The position numbers and the translations under genes are program-made. The notes under the pieces are model-generated. The model was given only the letters and a program-made list of their open reading frames with translations. It ran no database searches and was not told where the DNA came from. From a bacterium (GTDB lineage: Bacteria; UBA10199; 2-02-FULL-50-16; JAJFLM01), in assembly GCA_965216315.1 (NCBI GenBank), contig CBDCFN010000016.1, forward strand, positions 1,280,001-1,344,000: 64,000 nt of DNA, given 5' to 3'. This document shows, one piece after another, positions 28,018-37,149 of this stretch (its first letter is position 1; the number at the start of each line of letters is the position of its first letter).

Positions 28018-30066
28018 ATGGGTGGAAATGCCGCAGTAAAAGGAAACCGCAAAGGCTATGGAGCCAGGCCTACTCGTGCAAACAGTACGACCTCGGCTAA
28101 AAAATTTAAAGGGAGTCCTGTAAAGGTTAAAATCAATACGACAACAACAACCAGCACAAGTGCCCACACAAAGCAGACACCGAATAAAACGTCCGCTTCA
28201 ACGACTGAAGTGAAGATTACGGATCTTGATGTGTACTCAATTGCAACGGAAAGCACACCGGCTACATATCAACGTACGGTCGCGCCAGCGCCCAAACCTA
28301 AGCCTCAACAAGTATCAGCACCGGTAACGGTCCGCCTCGATATGTCAGTTCGGGCACTGAACTTGATTCAAAACGCCAGTCAAATAAATCCGTTTTTTTC
28401 AACTTTGGCTGACTTCGTACGCAAATCTCCTGGGAAATCCCTCGCTAACATGACAAAGTCCGAACGCACAGCAATCCCCGGGAGCGCCTGGAAACAGTTT
28501 TCTATCAACATTAACAAGCTCTATGCGCTTGGTGTACATCATAATGACGTCAAAAGATCTAATATCACTTGGGATGGCCATACACTCCGCTTGATAAATT
28601 TCCAGAAGGCCGAATTAGGGGTTCGTTCTATCGACGATTTACGACGCGCCCAGAAAATCCAGCACTATGATATAGAAAACCCTAAAGCCAACCCGCTGGA
28701 AAGCAAGATGGCCATCAAGGATCGTCCGACAGCTCCTGTCTTTGGATTGGAGCAGGGTAAGATCTATCTGGAATTTCCTAGCGATACGGCCAAGCTAATC
28801 CTTAATGCGAAAGGCGGCATGGTTCCAATAACTCAAAATGGAAATAACTATAAAATCGAGAATAAAAGTAGCGAAGACATCTATCTTTTTCGCGGCGGTG
28901 ATTCCAAGCAATTTGTCATCATTGGCAAAGGACAAAGTCGTGTTGCAACCCATAATGACGTACTCCAAATCGGCCAGGGGAGCTATACCCTGAGAAAAAC
29001 GACCGATCACGCTGGAGCAGTTACGGGCCAAATAGGAAAACGAACGGTCACGATTGATTATTTACCCTTGCCGCCTAAACAGCAGGCCCCGGGCAATCAT
29101 CAGGCTCCCATCTCGGGTCAGGTAAGCGCCAAACCTCGCCAAGGACCCACAGTACCGAAAACAGGCGACGCTAAGGTCATCGTGGCAAATCAAACAACAC
29201 CTTATCAACGTCATCGATTGTCTCCGCAGCAGCAAACAGTTGTTGATCAGTGGCTCCGACAACATAGCTTAAAACTTGCACAACTGACGCGTGAGCAGCA
29301 AATTAAGCTCGTCCAGCATTTAGTCCTGTACCATAATTGGAAAAGTACGGATATCGCAGCGCTGACCGGTCACGCTGAGCTACAAGTTCTTTACAATAAC
29401 TATGTCATTCAACCTGCCAGCATTGTGCGGCGAATACTTGGATGGCTGTTAGGGACCAGTTCCGGTGGTAATGCAGGGGCTCACTTGTCGGGAACGCGAA
29501 AAGTCGAACCATGGATGTACTACAATATCATCGATGCGCCCCGTAATGCCAGGCTGTGGATCGATGGCAAGTGGGTCGACGTTCAAGCTGTTTACGGCAA
29601 TCAGGTGACTTATTCCTATATTGATAGGAGTGTCGTTCCCAAGCGACGGCTTACCCGCACAACCCCGCTGACCAAAAAGATGTTGCTCGCGACATTTGCC
29701 GAGTTGCCTATCAGCCAGATTCATCCGACTGAAAATGGGCTCTCTCCGATACGATATGCTGCGGCTCATAAATATACGGATATTCCGATATTGGTTTATC
29801 GACATTTCAAGTCAGATGGCTCGGTTGAGTATTACGCTCTGGATGGACACCATCGCCTTGCAGTACTGGCAAAATTGGGGCGAAAGAGTGTTCGCGTGCG
29901 CTTTGCGCCTTCAGATATTTCACGTATACAGGATTTTCTGAATAAACCCCGCAATCCGGCAATGCCGGTTCCGCGTCATGCCAAGGACTTAGAAATCTGG
30001 CAGGCACGCTATGATGATTACCGAGGGGGTCCCGGCGGAGAACCGATGACATCAGTCAATCCCTAA
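28018..30066 (+). CDS. Cargo-like protein: shared N-terminal tag, degenerate kinase C-lobe, FHA-like segment, WKS module, ParB/Srx-like domain
   Basis: HNDVKRSNI...LINFQKA, NDVLQIG, LDGHHRL. Confidence 0.78.
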   Translation: MGGNAAVKGNRKGYGARPTRANSTTSAKKFKGSPVKVKINTTTTTSTSAHTKQTPNKTSASTTEVKITDLDVYSIATESTPATYQRTVAPAPKPKPQQVSAPVTVRLDMSVRALNLIQNASQINPFFSTLADFVRKSPGKSLANMTKSERTAIPGSAWKQFSININKLYALGVHHNDVKRSNITWDGHTLRLINFQKAELGVRSIDDLRRAQKIQHYDIENPKANPLESKMAIKDRPTAPVFGLEQGKIYLEFPSDTAKLILNAKGGMVPITQNGNNYKIENKSSEDIYLFRGGDSKQFVIIGKGQSRVATHNDVLQIGQGSYTLRKTTDHAGAVTGQIGKRTVTIDYLPLPPKQQAPGNHQAPISGQVSAKPRQGPTVPKTGDAKVIVANQTTPYQRHRLSPQQQTVVDQWLRQHSLKLAQLTREQQIKLVQHLVLYHNWKSTDIAALTGHAELQVLYNNYVIQPASIVRRILGWLLGTSSGGNAGAHLSGTRKVEPWMYYNIIDAPRNARLWIDGKWVDVQAVYGNQVTYSYIDRSVVPKRRLTRTTPLTKKMLLATFAELPISQIHPTENGLSPIRYAAAHKYTDIPILVYRHFKSDGSVEYYALDGHHRLAVLAKLGRKSVRVRFAPSDISRIQDFLNKPRNPAMPVPRHAKDLEIWQARYDDYRGGPGGEPMTSVNP

Positions 30067-31451
30067 TAACCGCGCATCCCCCATGCCCCTAAGATGTGTG
30101 CAAACGCTTCAATGCCTTGCTGAGTCATATCGTCGACGGTTTCTTTATCAAATGTGAGCCCGGTTAGCAGCTGTTGATAGCCGGTTTGAACGGCATTCAG
30201 TTCGTCGATGGATTCGAGAAAGGTCGGGTAAGGATTTCGTTCCGCTGCCAAGAGGAATCCGGCAACATGGTCAAGCACATCGTTGACGGCCAGTCCGGCC
30301 CGGATCACGAGAGTATCTTGTGGCCCGTATGTTTGTTCCAGTTGCGCTGCGATCTCATCGATATAGGTCCGACGTTCATCGTGCAAGATTTGCTGAATCC
30401 TACCGGCCTTGTCGGTGTTGCTCGTAACGCTGCGGAGGACCTCGTGAGTATTCGCATCACGGACGCTAGCCCTAAGCTCTTCGCTGTGTGGGTTGAAAAA
30501 GATATCTCCGTATTCGCGGTCGATATCCGCAACTGGCAGTATCTTTGTCTTATGGTGCCGGAGAAAGTTGGCGTCAGCGTTAAAGCTGACAAAGGCGACG
30601 CGGGGCTGTACCTGATCCAGGAGCGTGTGCAGTGGCTCAAATGAATGAACATCCATCCGGCCACTGACGACGAGCACATCGACGAGTCTGGCAGCCTGCT
30701 TTTGATCGATATGGTCGGGAATGTCCGTCGCCGAAATCCCCATAACGCTGAGTCCGCCGAAGCGCATGACGGTATCGGCATCAAAGGGAAAGCGGTTTTC
30801 GTGAGAATTGAGGTGGGCTAAGCGTGCTCCCGGTAAAGTCCATTGCGCCATGCGATGGGTCGGTGGTTGCAGCAACTGGGGATGCAAGGAGCGTATCGAT
30901 GCAACGGAATCAATATCTCCGCTGATACGTTCCGGTTCGCGCCCCGGGTAAAAAACTTGATAGGGACGTTCTCGTTCTCCAGCAGGTTTGCCAAAGGAGA
31001 GCGCCCGCCACCAGCCTTGCCCGCGAAAACGCGCAGTATAAAAGTTCTCATTAATTTGGATATCATCGCCGTCAAGTACAGCCAAGCGTACCGGCCGGGC
31101 CACCCCGATCGATTCATTGATCGCGTTGGTCTCGTTGCGGATCTGAATATACATTTCCGGAGAGACGCTATCGGCGACTTCCGAGAAGAGGAGTTGTCTA
31201 TCCTCGGCCGGCAACCTCAATAGACCGTTCGTTGAATCGGCTTCGAGGCGTTGGGTGATATAGTCGATATCGCGGTCATAGGCGAGCGCGGCTAACTCCG
31301 CGGTAATGGCCCGTCCATCATCTAAGGTGCGGTCGATGCCTAGATGATCGAGAGCACTCGACCACCGGGTCAACGAATCAATAATCCGCGGCGTCGGATG
31401 GGCTAGAGCGGCTGCCGCACAGACCGGAGCTGATGACGTGAAGGCAAGCAT
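30063..31451 (-). CDS. Hypothetical protein
   Basis: 462-aa ORF with Ala-rich N-terminus. No confident motif. Confidence 0.7.
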   Translation of the reverse strand: MLAFTSSAPVCAAAALAHPTPRIIDSLTRWSSALDHLGIDRTLDDGRAITAELAALAYDRDIDYITQRLEADSTNGLLRLPAEDRQLLFSEVADSVSPEMYIQIRNETNAINESIGVARPVRLAVLDGDDIQINENFYTARFRGQGWWRALSFGKPAGERERPYQVFYPGREPERISGDIDSVASIRSLHPQLLQPPTHRMAQWTLPGARLAHLNSHENRFPFDADTVMRFGGLSVMGISATDIPDHIDQKQAARLVDVLVVSGRMDVHSFEPLHTLLDQVQPRVAFVSFNADANFLRHHKTKILPVADIDREYGDIFFNPHSEELRASVRDANTHEVLRSVTSNTDKAGRIQQILHDERRTYIDEIAAQLEQTYGPQDTLVIRAGLAVNDVLDHVAGFLLAAERNPYPTFLESIDELNAVQTGYQQLLTGLTFDKETVDDMTQQGIEAFAHILGAWGMRGY

Positions 31452-31459
31452 GCTCTCCC

Positions 31460-31486
31460 TTATCTACAAAATCTCGCAAAAGTTGC
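31460..31486 (-). promoter_or_regulatory. Sigma-28-like promoter GCAACTTT-N11-GTAGATAA
   Basis: Recurring motif, 8 nt before ATG 31451. Confidence 0.6.
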
Positions 31487-31688
31487 TCATTGAAGCCACA
31501 AACAGTCTCATTAAGTATTCAAGTGAATATCTATATATAATCGATAGATAGCGCAATCTCTTTAAGTTCCATGCTATCCATTCGCAGCTTTTCGAATTGC
31601 GCATTTCAATGGACCTAAAAGGCCATAGCTATTTCAGCAGCTACTGAGGTCCCGATCCCCCAATTAAGCGCCTCTTCACTCCAGGATA

Positions 31689-31790
31689 TGTATACATATT
31701 CATTTGTATACAGAATTAATAAATATAAGATCTATTGAATTCAATAAGTTATATATAATTATTTTAACATTTTTTGGCACATTAGTTGCA
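31689..31790 (+). promoter_or_regulatory. Sigma-54 promoter TGGCAC-ATTAG-TTGCA (31775-31790) with TGTATACA-type enhancer
   Basis: Canonical -24/-12. TGTATACA 86 bp upstream, as at 39577. IHF-like TTCAATAAGTTA. Confidence 0.78.
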
Positions 31791-31815
31791 TATATCTCAG
31801 GTCAGGAGACATGAG

Positions 31816-34800
31816 ATGCTATCCATTGCTTTACAACTTAGCAGCCTGGCGAAGAACTTAATCGATAAACAGGCCACAACGGCAAAAAAGTCCGAAGCTG
31901 CCAAAGCGGCCCCTGTTGCAGGGACATCTTTATATGGTCCCGCGCAAGTTCCAGTCGTAGCGGCTAATGGCACCGTAAAGCATTCTCTTTTTGGGGCGAG
32001 CACACTTCAGGCCAGCAGCGATCCGCTTATCACGAGTCTCTTACTCGAAGCCGTTATAGAAGAAGCCCTCGCACCTTATCAAGAGGGAACGCATCACCGT
32101 GAGAGCCGTGAAGGCCTTTTTCAACAGGCCTATGCCGCACTCCTAGCGGACGTCCAATCGAATCCTTCGATGAATATGGCTCCCTATGCAGAGCGTTTCG
32201 CCCAGTTGCAGTTGATGGAACAATCGTGGTCCGCTTTCGAAGCCCTGCGCGAAAGTAAACCGGAACTATTCTATATGACCAAACGTAATGGGGAATTGCT
32301 TCCTGGCAATCATCCGTGGGTTGCTGAAAAATCTGAAGGACTTCAGCTGGATCGCTGTGCCGAGCTCTTTAAGATCGCACTCACTAGCGGCAACCCGACT
32401 GACGTTAAAGTCGCGCTGGAAACGGCACAGGATCTCCACGGCCGTTTAAAACTGATGCTGCAACTCGATGGAGCCCGCGAATTACTCAAAGCCCTCTCCG
32501 ACACGACGGTTCAAACCGGCGAGGTTCCGTTATTACCATTATATATAGCTCCTAAAGGCAAGGATCTGGCACAACTTCACATGGATGAGATCAGTCAGAA
32601 TATTTTCGAACTGGCCTCTGAATTGTACATTGATGACGCTTGCGAAACGATCTCGAAATTGGCGGGCCAACAGGCCTGCAATACGCGTATCTCTTCGGAT
32701 CATGACTTTGGCACGGTTCAATATGCGCGTGCCTATAGCGGAGGACTCGCTACACTCAATATTACTCTGCTTAACTCCACTCCGGCGCAACAGGCATTCA
32801 TCGATTTGCTCAATAGCAATCGTGCCGAAGCGATGCGCGTCAAAGAGGCCTTTGAATATCTGCGTCATCACGGGGAATCGAAGCTCGTGACGCCGAGCGC
32901 CTCAAAGTCGGAGCTGGGCATTGCTAAGCGCCACATGGCGACATTACAGCGTTTCATTTCACGCATCAAAAAGTCTCAAGCTCCCTATGGCGTGAGTCAA
33001 ACCGTACGAACGAAACTTGTTGAACCGGCACTCGCCGACATGAAGCGCTATGATCAAATCGGTTTTGTGCTTAATTCGGTGGAAGGTTCACGGCAATTTG
33101 CAGATAATCCTGTGCAGCTCGCGATAACCCTTCTTGACGATCTAAAAGACGCAGAGGCACACATGGAAGCCTTGGCTGATTATCAAGAGAATGATCAGTT
33201 TATTTATTTGGTTACACGAGGGTGGTACGGCGATCCTAATAAATATCCGAATGATCCGAAGCGCTTTATTTATGAGTTTTTTCTCCAGAACGTAACCACG
33301 GTCGAAATCAAGCCTGAGAAATTAGCACCTGCTCATGCGACGGCATATCATAACTGGAGTGATGACTTGGATCTTCGTAATAGTGATGAAGGTCGAAGTC
33401 CACCAGTCGCAACGGCTTCGGATTGCGGCTATGCGTATGCCCGTCGGCAATTGAACCAAGTCATCAATGGTGAGATTACCGGCGACAAAGCGGTCTCAAT
33501 CTTGACTTCCTGTCTGAGCTACATGAGAGAAATGAGGCAAAAAGCCCTAGTCATGGACATGGCTGTCCATAAAATTGAAGGCGAACGTAATCAGAATATT
33601 GAAGTCGGTCCGACGGATATCGACATCGCTCCTGGTCACGCGGCCGCTATTGCCTGGATTAATGCAACGGGCAACATCACGAGCAATATTGGCAAAATCG
33701 CGGCGGGTGCTCCTCTCAAACTAGCGAGCGCCACCAACTACAAAATTGAACTAGAGCAACAAGTTGAAAATTTCAGAGATCAACTCAAAAAAATACGCGC
33801 GGAACTAAAAGACGGCGGCAAAGGTTGGAACTGGGGCCAAGGCGATTACTACATCAGTACCGCCTCGGTAGATGATTTGATCAAACGGCTCGACAATCTA
33901 GCCAATAGAATCACCTCCGTTGACAGCGATGATGAAGCGGAAATGAATAAGATTCACGGGGAGTGGAAACACTTATCCAGCGCGCCCGTTGTTCAGTTCA
34001 TCTACACTGAAGTGGAAAATATGCATCGCATGAACGGCTGGCGTGATCTCGCCTATGAGGGAATTATTACCGCACCTTTGGCGCTCACGGGAGCCTTTCT
34101 CGTCCGAGGCTTAGCGTCCGTCGCATTAGCCCGCACCGGACTGATGGGAACACGCTTCGGTCGTTTCTTGCTGCTGGGTAGCGAGGCCTTCGGCCTCACC
34201 TTGGCGGGTGATGCCACTCACTCCTTGATCGGACACCATGGCGCTCCCTTGACGGCTGCCGAGAAAGAGGGACTTTCTTTTATCGAAAGGCTCGGCATGA
34301 GCATGGGGATGCTCAAGTTCTTTCATTCGGCCTTGCGTTTTTCCGCCCCTTTATCCGCACGCGCAAGCCAGCGCGTTGCCCTGCGGTCGCTGATGAAGCA
34401 AGGGTATGACCGCGCCTATCTCTTTGGAACCAATGAAGGGCGTGCACTCCTGATGCGCACGATGACCCGTAATATCGTCTCGCAAGGGGCAGGTACTGCA
34501 ATCCGTTTCGGCAGCAGTTATGTCGGCTTTACCGCCTGGGATTTTATCGCGAATACGTATCAAATGACGCGCATGACCGGTGAGTTCAATCCGGGAGCGG
34601 CACTCAAGCAAACAGTCAGTCTCGAAAGTCTGAGAAGTCGCGCGATTATGGTACCGATGTTTGCCGCCTATGGACAATTGCTGCGGCCGCTCGCGACTCG
34701 CAGCGCCAGAAAACAAATGGCCCGTCTCTTCGCTGAAAAGCCGGAACTTGAAACCCAATGGAAGACCCATGAATCGAATGTCGTTGAGGCCCGGGAACAA

Positions 34801-37149
34801 TTTGAAAAGCTGATGAGCGAGACCGAAGGCGGGCTTCGTGCTTCTAAAGAACAGCTTGAGGCGGTCAGGAATAAACTCCGCGCGGCGCTCGAAGCCCGCC
34901 AGAAATTTGAATCCGAGCTACCGGACGGCATTGTGAGCCCGCAGGAGAAGGCGCTGGCCGACAAAACATTGGAGATGACGGCACAATTTGAGGGCAGCTT
35001 GCAGCAGATCAATGGCATTCTCGGCAAGGGAAATGCGCTCGGCATCGTCCAGTTTCGCGAAGGGAAGTTTACCTTTCCGGCCGAACGCAGCGCTGAAGTT
35101 GTGAAGGCGTTACGGGAGAGTGGGGCGGACGTCCACGTGCATCGTAATGGCGTGCTTACCATCAATAAGGGACTGATTCGACTCGTGCCTACAGTACAAG
35201 GCAAGTCAGAAGTTACGCTGCCTCCGAGTATCCGAGTTGGTTCGCATAATTTTGTTATCGCGACTGAACCCATCAAATCTAAGCAAATTCATGTAACCGA
35301 AGCTGAGGCACGGATTGATGGCGAGCAAATTATAATCAAGCTACGTAATGGAGTTGAAAAAATAGTTGATTCGCGCCTTGTCACTCGATCTTTTCGTAGG
35401 GCAATACAAAAAGCTAAGACCGTCTTCCTCATTCCGTATGTTGCCGGTGGAAGTGGCGTTGATTCTATGTCGGCACGCGGAGCTGTCGAAGTGCGCCAAG
35501 GGAAAGATATCGTACGAGAAGCACAGCGCATCTTAGAGCATGAATATGGTGTAAGTGTCCCGACAAAAAAATTGCAGCGTTCTTATCATCGTGAAGTGGC
35601 CCCGCAATACAAAGGCGGGAATGGTCGGAGAAATACTGGTCGCCTGGATAATTATGGTGAACAGGTTTCTACTCTGGTTTCGCTTTATGTCGATGGTACC
35701 GGTCAAAGAGGCGCTAAATCAATTGCTGATGTCGTTACGACCCTTGTAAAGCGATCGCAAGATACACTTGATCTTGCAGTCCCTGACACAGCTAATCAAA
35801 TCTTCGCTTCACATGAAAAAGTTCTGCTCACCAAGAAGCTTACGAAACTTCTAAGAGATCACGGTGTAACAGATTATGATTTACTCCCTAATCATGTTCG
35901 ACTCAAGTTCGAAAGGCGTGCAATCGACCGTGCGAACAATTTCATTAGCGAATACTGGGCTGATGCGTCCGGCGTACTCGAATTAAATTGGACAGCCGAG
36001 TACGATGCAATGGTTTCATATCATGCTGGAGTTCAATTCGTTAAACATAATGGGCAGACTTTCGTTCGTGCCCAAAAAATAACAATCAATGGTAGGGAAC
36101 TTACTCACGGTCGCCTGATTAAACTTCAAGATGGGGATACCGTCAAGATAGGAATAACTTACTATGCTAAGTTGAATGAGTCATTCCAACGTATTACCAA
36201 AGCTGAAAATGACGCCAAAATCATCACAAAAACTGATACGGGACTGATCGTAGATAACGGTGATGGAAATGTTACTAAGGTAAGCACGGGAATGACAATT
36301 AGTGATGCTAAAGGAATGCGTCACTTGGACCTTCTCGGCACTGAGCAACAGGCGCTTGCGCTTGCATTAGATCTGGTTCGCGATGGCAAGCTTCCGGAAG
36401 GATTTGTACCACGTCTCGGTGGCCGTGTGGCCCATGACGAACTCATTATTCAGAAAATGGGCGGCAAGACACTTGATAAGATGGCTCCAGCGGAACGTCA
36501 ATTGATTCCCGAGTCAGCCTGGAAAACCTTTGAAGCAAATCTTCATATATTACACGAAGCAGGTCTTGTGCATGGAGACATTCACAGTGGTAATATCGGC
36601 TGGAATCCCAAAAACGGTAACTTGTGGCTCATCGACTTCGGCTTGGCAAAGTTCAAAGCTAATCCTAAGCGGGATGTTGATTCCTATCACAAAATGCGCC
36701 GCAAGATGGAGAAGGTAGACTCGTCAACGGCTGTTACAAAGGCGGGATTGGAGCCAACACAGATTGAACACTGGGCTAAGCAATTTGAACAACGATTTGG
36801 AGAGCCTCCTAAAGAGATATGGATTGTCGGAAGCCATGCGGACGGTTCGGCTACACCTAAGAGCGATATCGATATTATCTTCATTCACTCACGTTTCTCT
36901 GCGGGAGGAACATGGCAAGGGGCGGACAAAGGTATGGGCGACGGATTGGCGCTGACAATGGCATTAAATCCCCAGATTCCATGGGCAGCACTGCATAACC
37001 CGGCCAAGCAAGCCGTTGCATTTCCAGGCTACGGGAACATAGGTAGCGATATACCCAAAGCGGGATTTGTGGACCCATTTTTTGCTGGAGCCCGCAACTT
37101 TATCTGCACTTGGTCAGGTGAGGCTCTTCCCGCAGTAAAACTTTATTGA
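31816..37149 (+). CDS. Giant multidomain protein: shared hydrophobic core, novel domain, FHA-like segment, kinase domain, C-terminal minimal nucleotidyltransferase
   Basis: Start moved to ATG 31816 (AGGAGA RBS; TTG 31786 lies inside the promoter). HGDIHSGN...IDFG kinase motifs. VGSHADG...SDIDI Pol-beta NTase motif. Confidence 0.82.
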   Translation: MLSIALQLSSLAKNLIDKQATTAKKSEAAKAAPVAGTSLYGPAQVPVVAANGTVKHSLFGASTLQASSDPLITSLLLEAVIEEALAPYQEGTHHRESREGLFQQAYAALLADVQSNPSMNMAPYAERFAQLQLMEQSWSAFEALRESKPELFYMTKRNGELLPGNHPWVAEKSEGLQLDRCAELFKIALTSGNPTDVKVALETAQDLHGRLKLMLQLDGARELLKALSDTTVQTGEVPLLPLYIAPKGKDLAQLHMDEISQNIFELASELYIDDACETISKLAGQQACNTRISSDHDFGTVQYARAYSGGLATLNITLLNSTPAQQAFIDLLNSNRAEAMRVKEAFEYLRHHGESKLVTPSASKSELGIAKRHMATLQRFISRIKKSQAPYGVSQTVRTKLVEPALADMKRYDQIGFVLNSVEGSRQFADNPVQLAITLLDDLKDAEAHMEALADYQENDQFIYLVTRGWYGDPNKYPNDPKRFIYEFFLQNVTTVEIKPEKLAPAHATAYHNWSDDLDLRNSDEGRSPPVATASDCGYAYARRQLNQVINGEITGDKAVSILTSCLSYMREMRQKALVMDMAVHKIEGERNQNIEVGPTDIDIAPGHAAAIAWINATGNITSNIGKIAAGAPLKLASATNYKIELEQQVENFRDQLKKIRAELKDGGKGWNWGQGDYYISTASVDDLIKRLDNLANRITSVDSDDEAEMNKIHGEWKHLSSAPVVQFIYTEVENMHRMNGWRDLAYEGIITAPLALTGAFLVRGLASVALARTGLMGTRFGRFLLLGSEAFGLTLAGDATHSLIGHHGAPLTAAEKEGLSFIERLGMSMGMLKFFHSALRFSAPLSARASQRVALRSLMKQGYDRAYLFGTNEGRALLMRTMTRNIVSQGAGTAIRFGSSYVGFTAWDFIANTYQMTRMTGEFNPGAALKQTVSLESLRSRAIMVPMFAAYGQLLRPLATRSARKQMARLFAEKPELETQWKTHESNVVEAREQFEKLMSETEGGLRASKEQLEAVRNKLRAALEARQKFESELPDGIVSPQEKALADKTLEMTAQFEGSLQQINGILGKGNALGIVQFREGKFTFPAERSAEVVKALRESGADVHVHRNGVLTINKGLIRLVPTVQGKSEVTLPPSIRVGSHNFVIATEPIKSKQIHVTEAEARIDGEQIIIKLRNGVEKIVDSRLVTRSFRRAIQKAKTVFLIPYVAGGSGVDSMSARGAVEVRQGKDIVREAQRILEHEYGVSVPTKKLQRSYHREVAPQYKGGNGRRNTGRLDNYGEQVSTLVSLYVDGTGQRGAKSIADVVTTLVKRSQDTLDLAVPDTANQIFASHEKVLLTKKLTKLLRDHGVTDYDLLPNHVRLKFERRAIDRANNFISEYWADASGVLELNWTAEYDAMVSYHAGVQFVKHNGQTFVRAQKITINGRELTHGRLIKLQDGDTVKIGITYYAKLNESFQRITKAENDAKIITKTDTGLIVDNGDGNVTKVSTGMTISDAKGMRHLDLLGTEQQALALALDLVRDGKLPEGFVPRLGGRVAHDELIIQKMGGKTLDKMAPAERQLIPESAWKTFEANLHILHEAGLVHGDIHSGNIGWNPKNGNLWLIDFGLAKFKANPKRDVDSYHKMRRKMEKVDSSTAVTKAGLEPTQIEHWAKQFEQRFGEPPKEIWIVGSHADGSATPKSDIDIIFIHSRFSAGGTWQGADKGMGDGLALTMALNPQIPWAALHNPAKQAVAFPGYGNIGSDIPKAGFVDPFFAGARNFICTWSGEALPAVKLY

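Noticed and set aside
31786..31815. TTG start given by the ORF track
   Set aside because: Lies within the -12 element of the sigma-54 promoter. ATG 31816 has an AGGAGA RBS.
24500..36300. Apparent GC mosaicism within the giant genes (AT-richer ~24.5-25.4 kb and ~35.3-36.3 kb; GC-richer core ~26.3-27.2 kb)
   Set aside because: Visual impression only and possibly due to amino-acid composition. It needs a sliding-window GC3 calculation.
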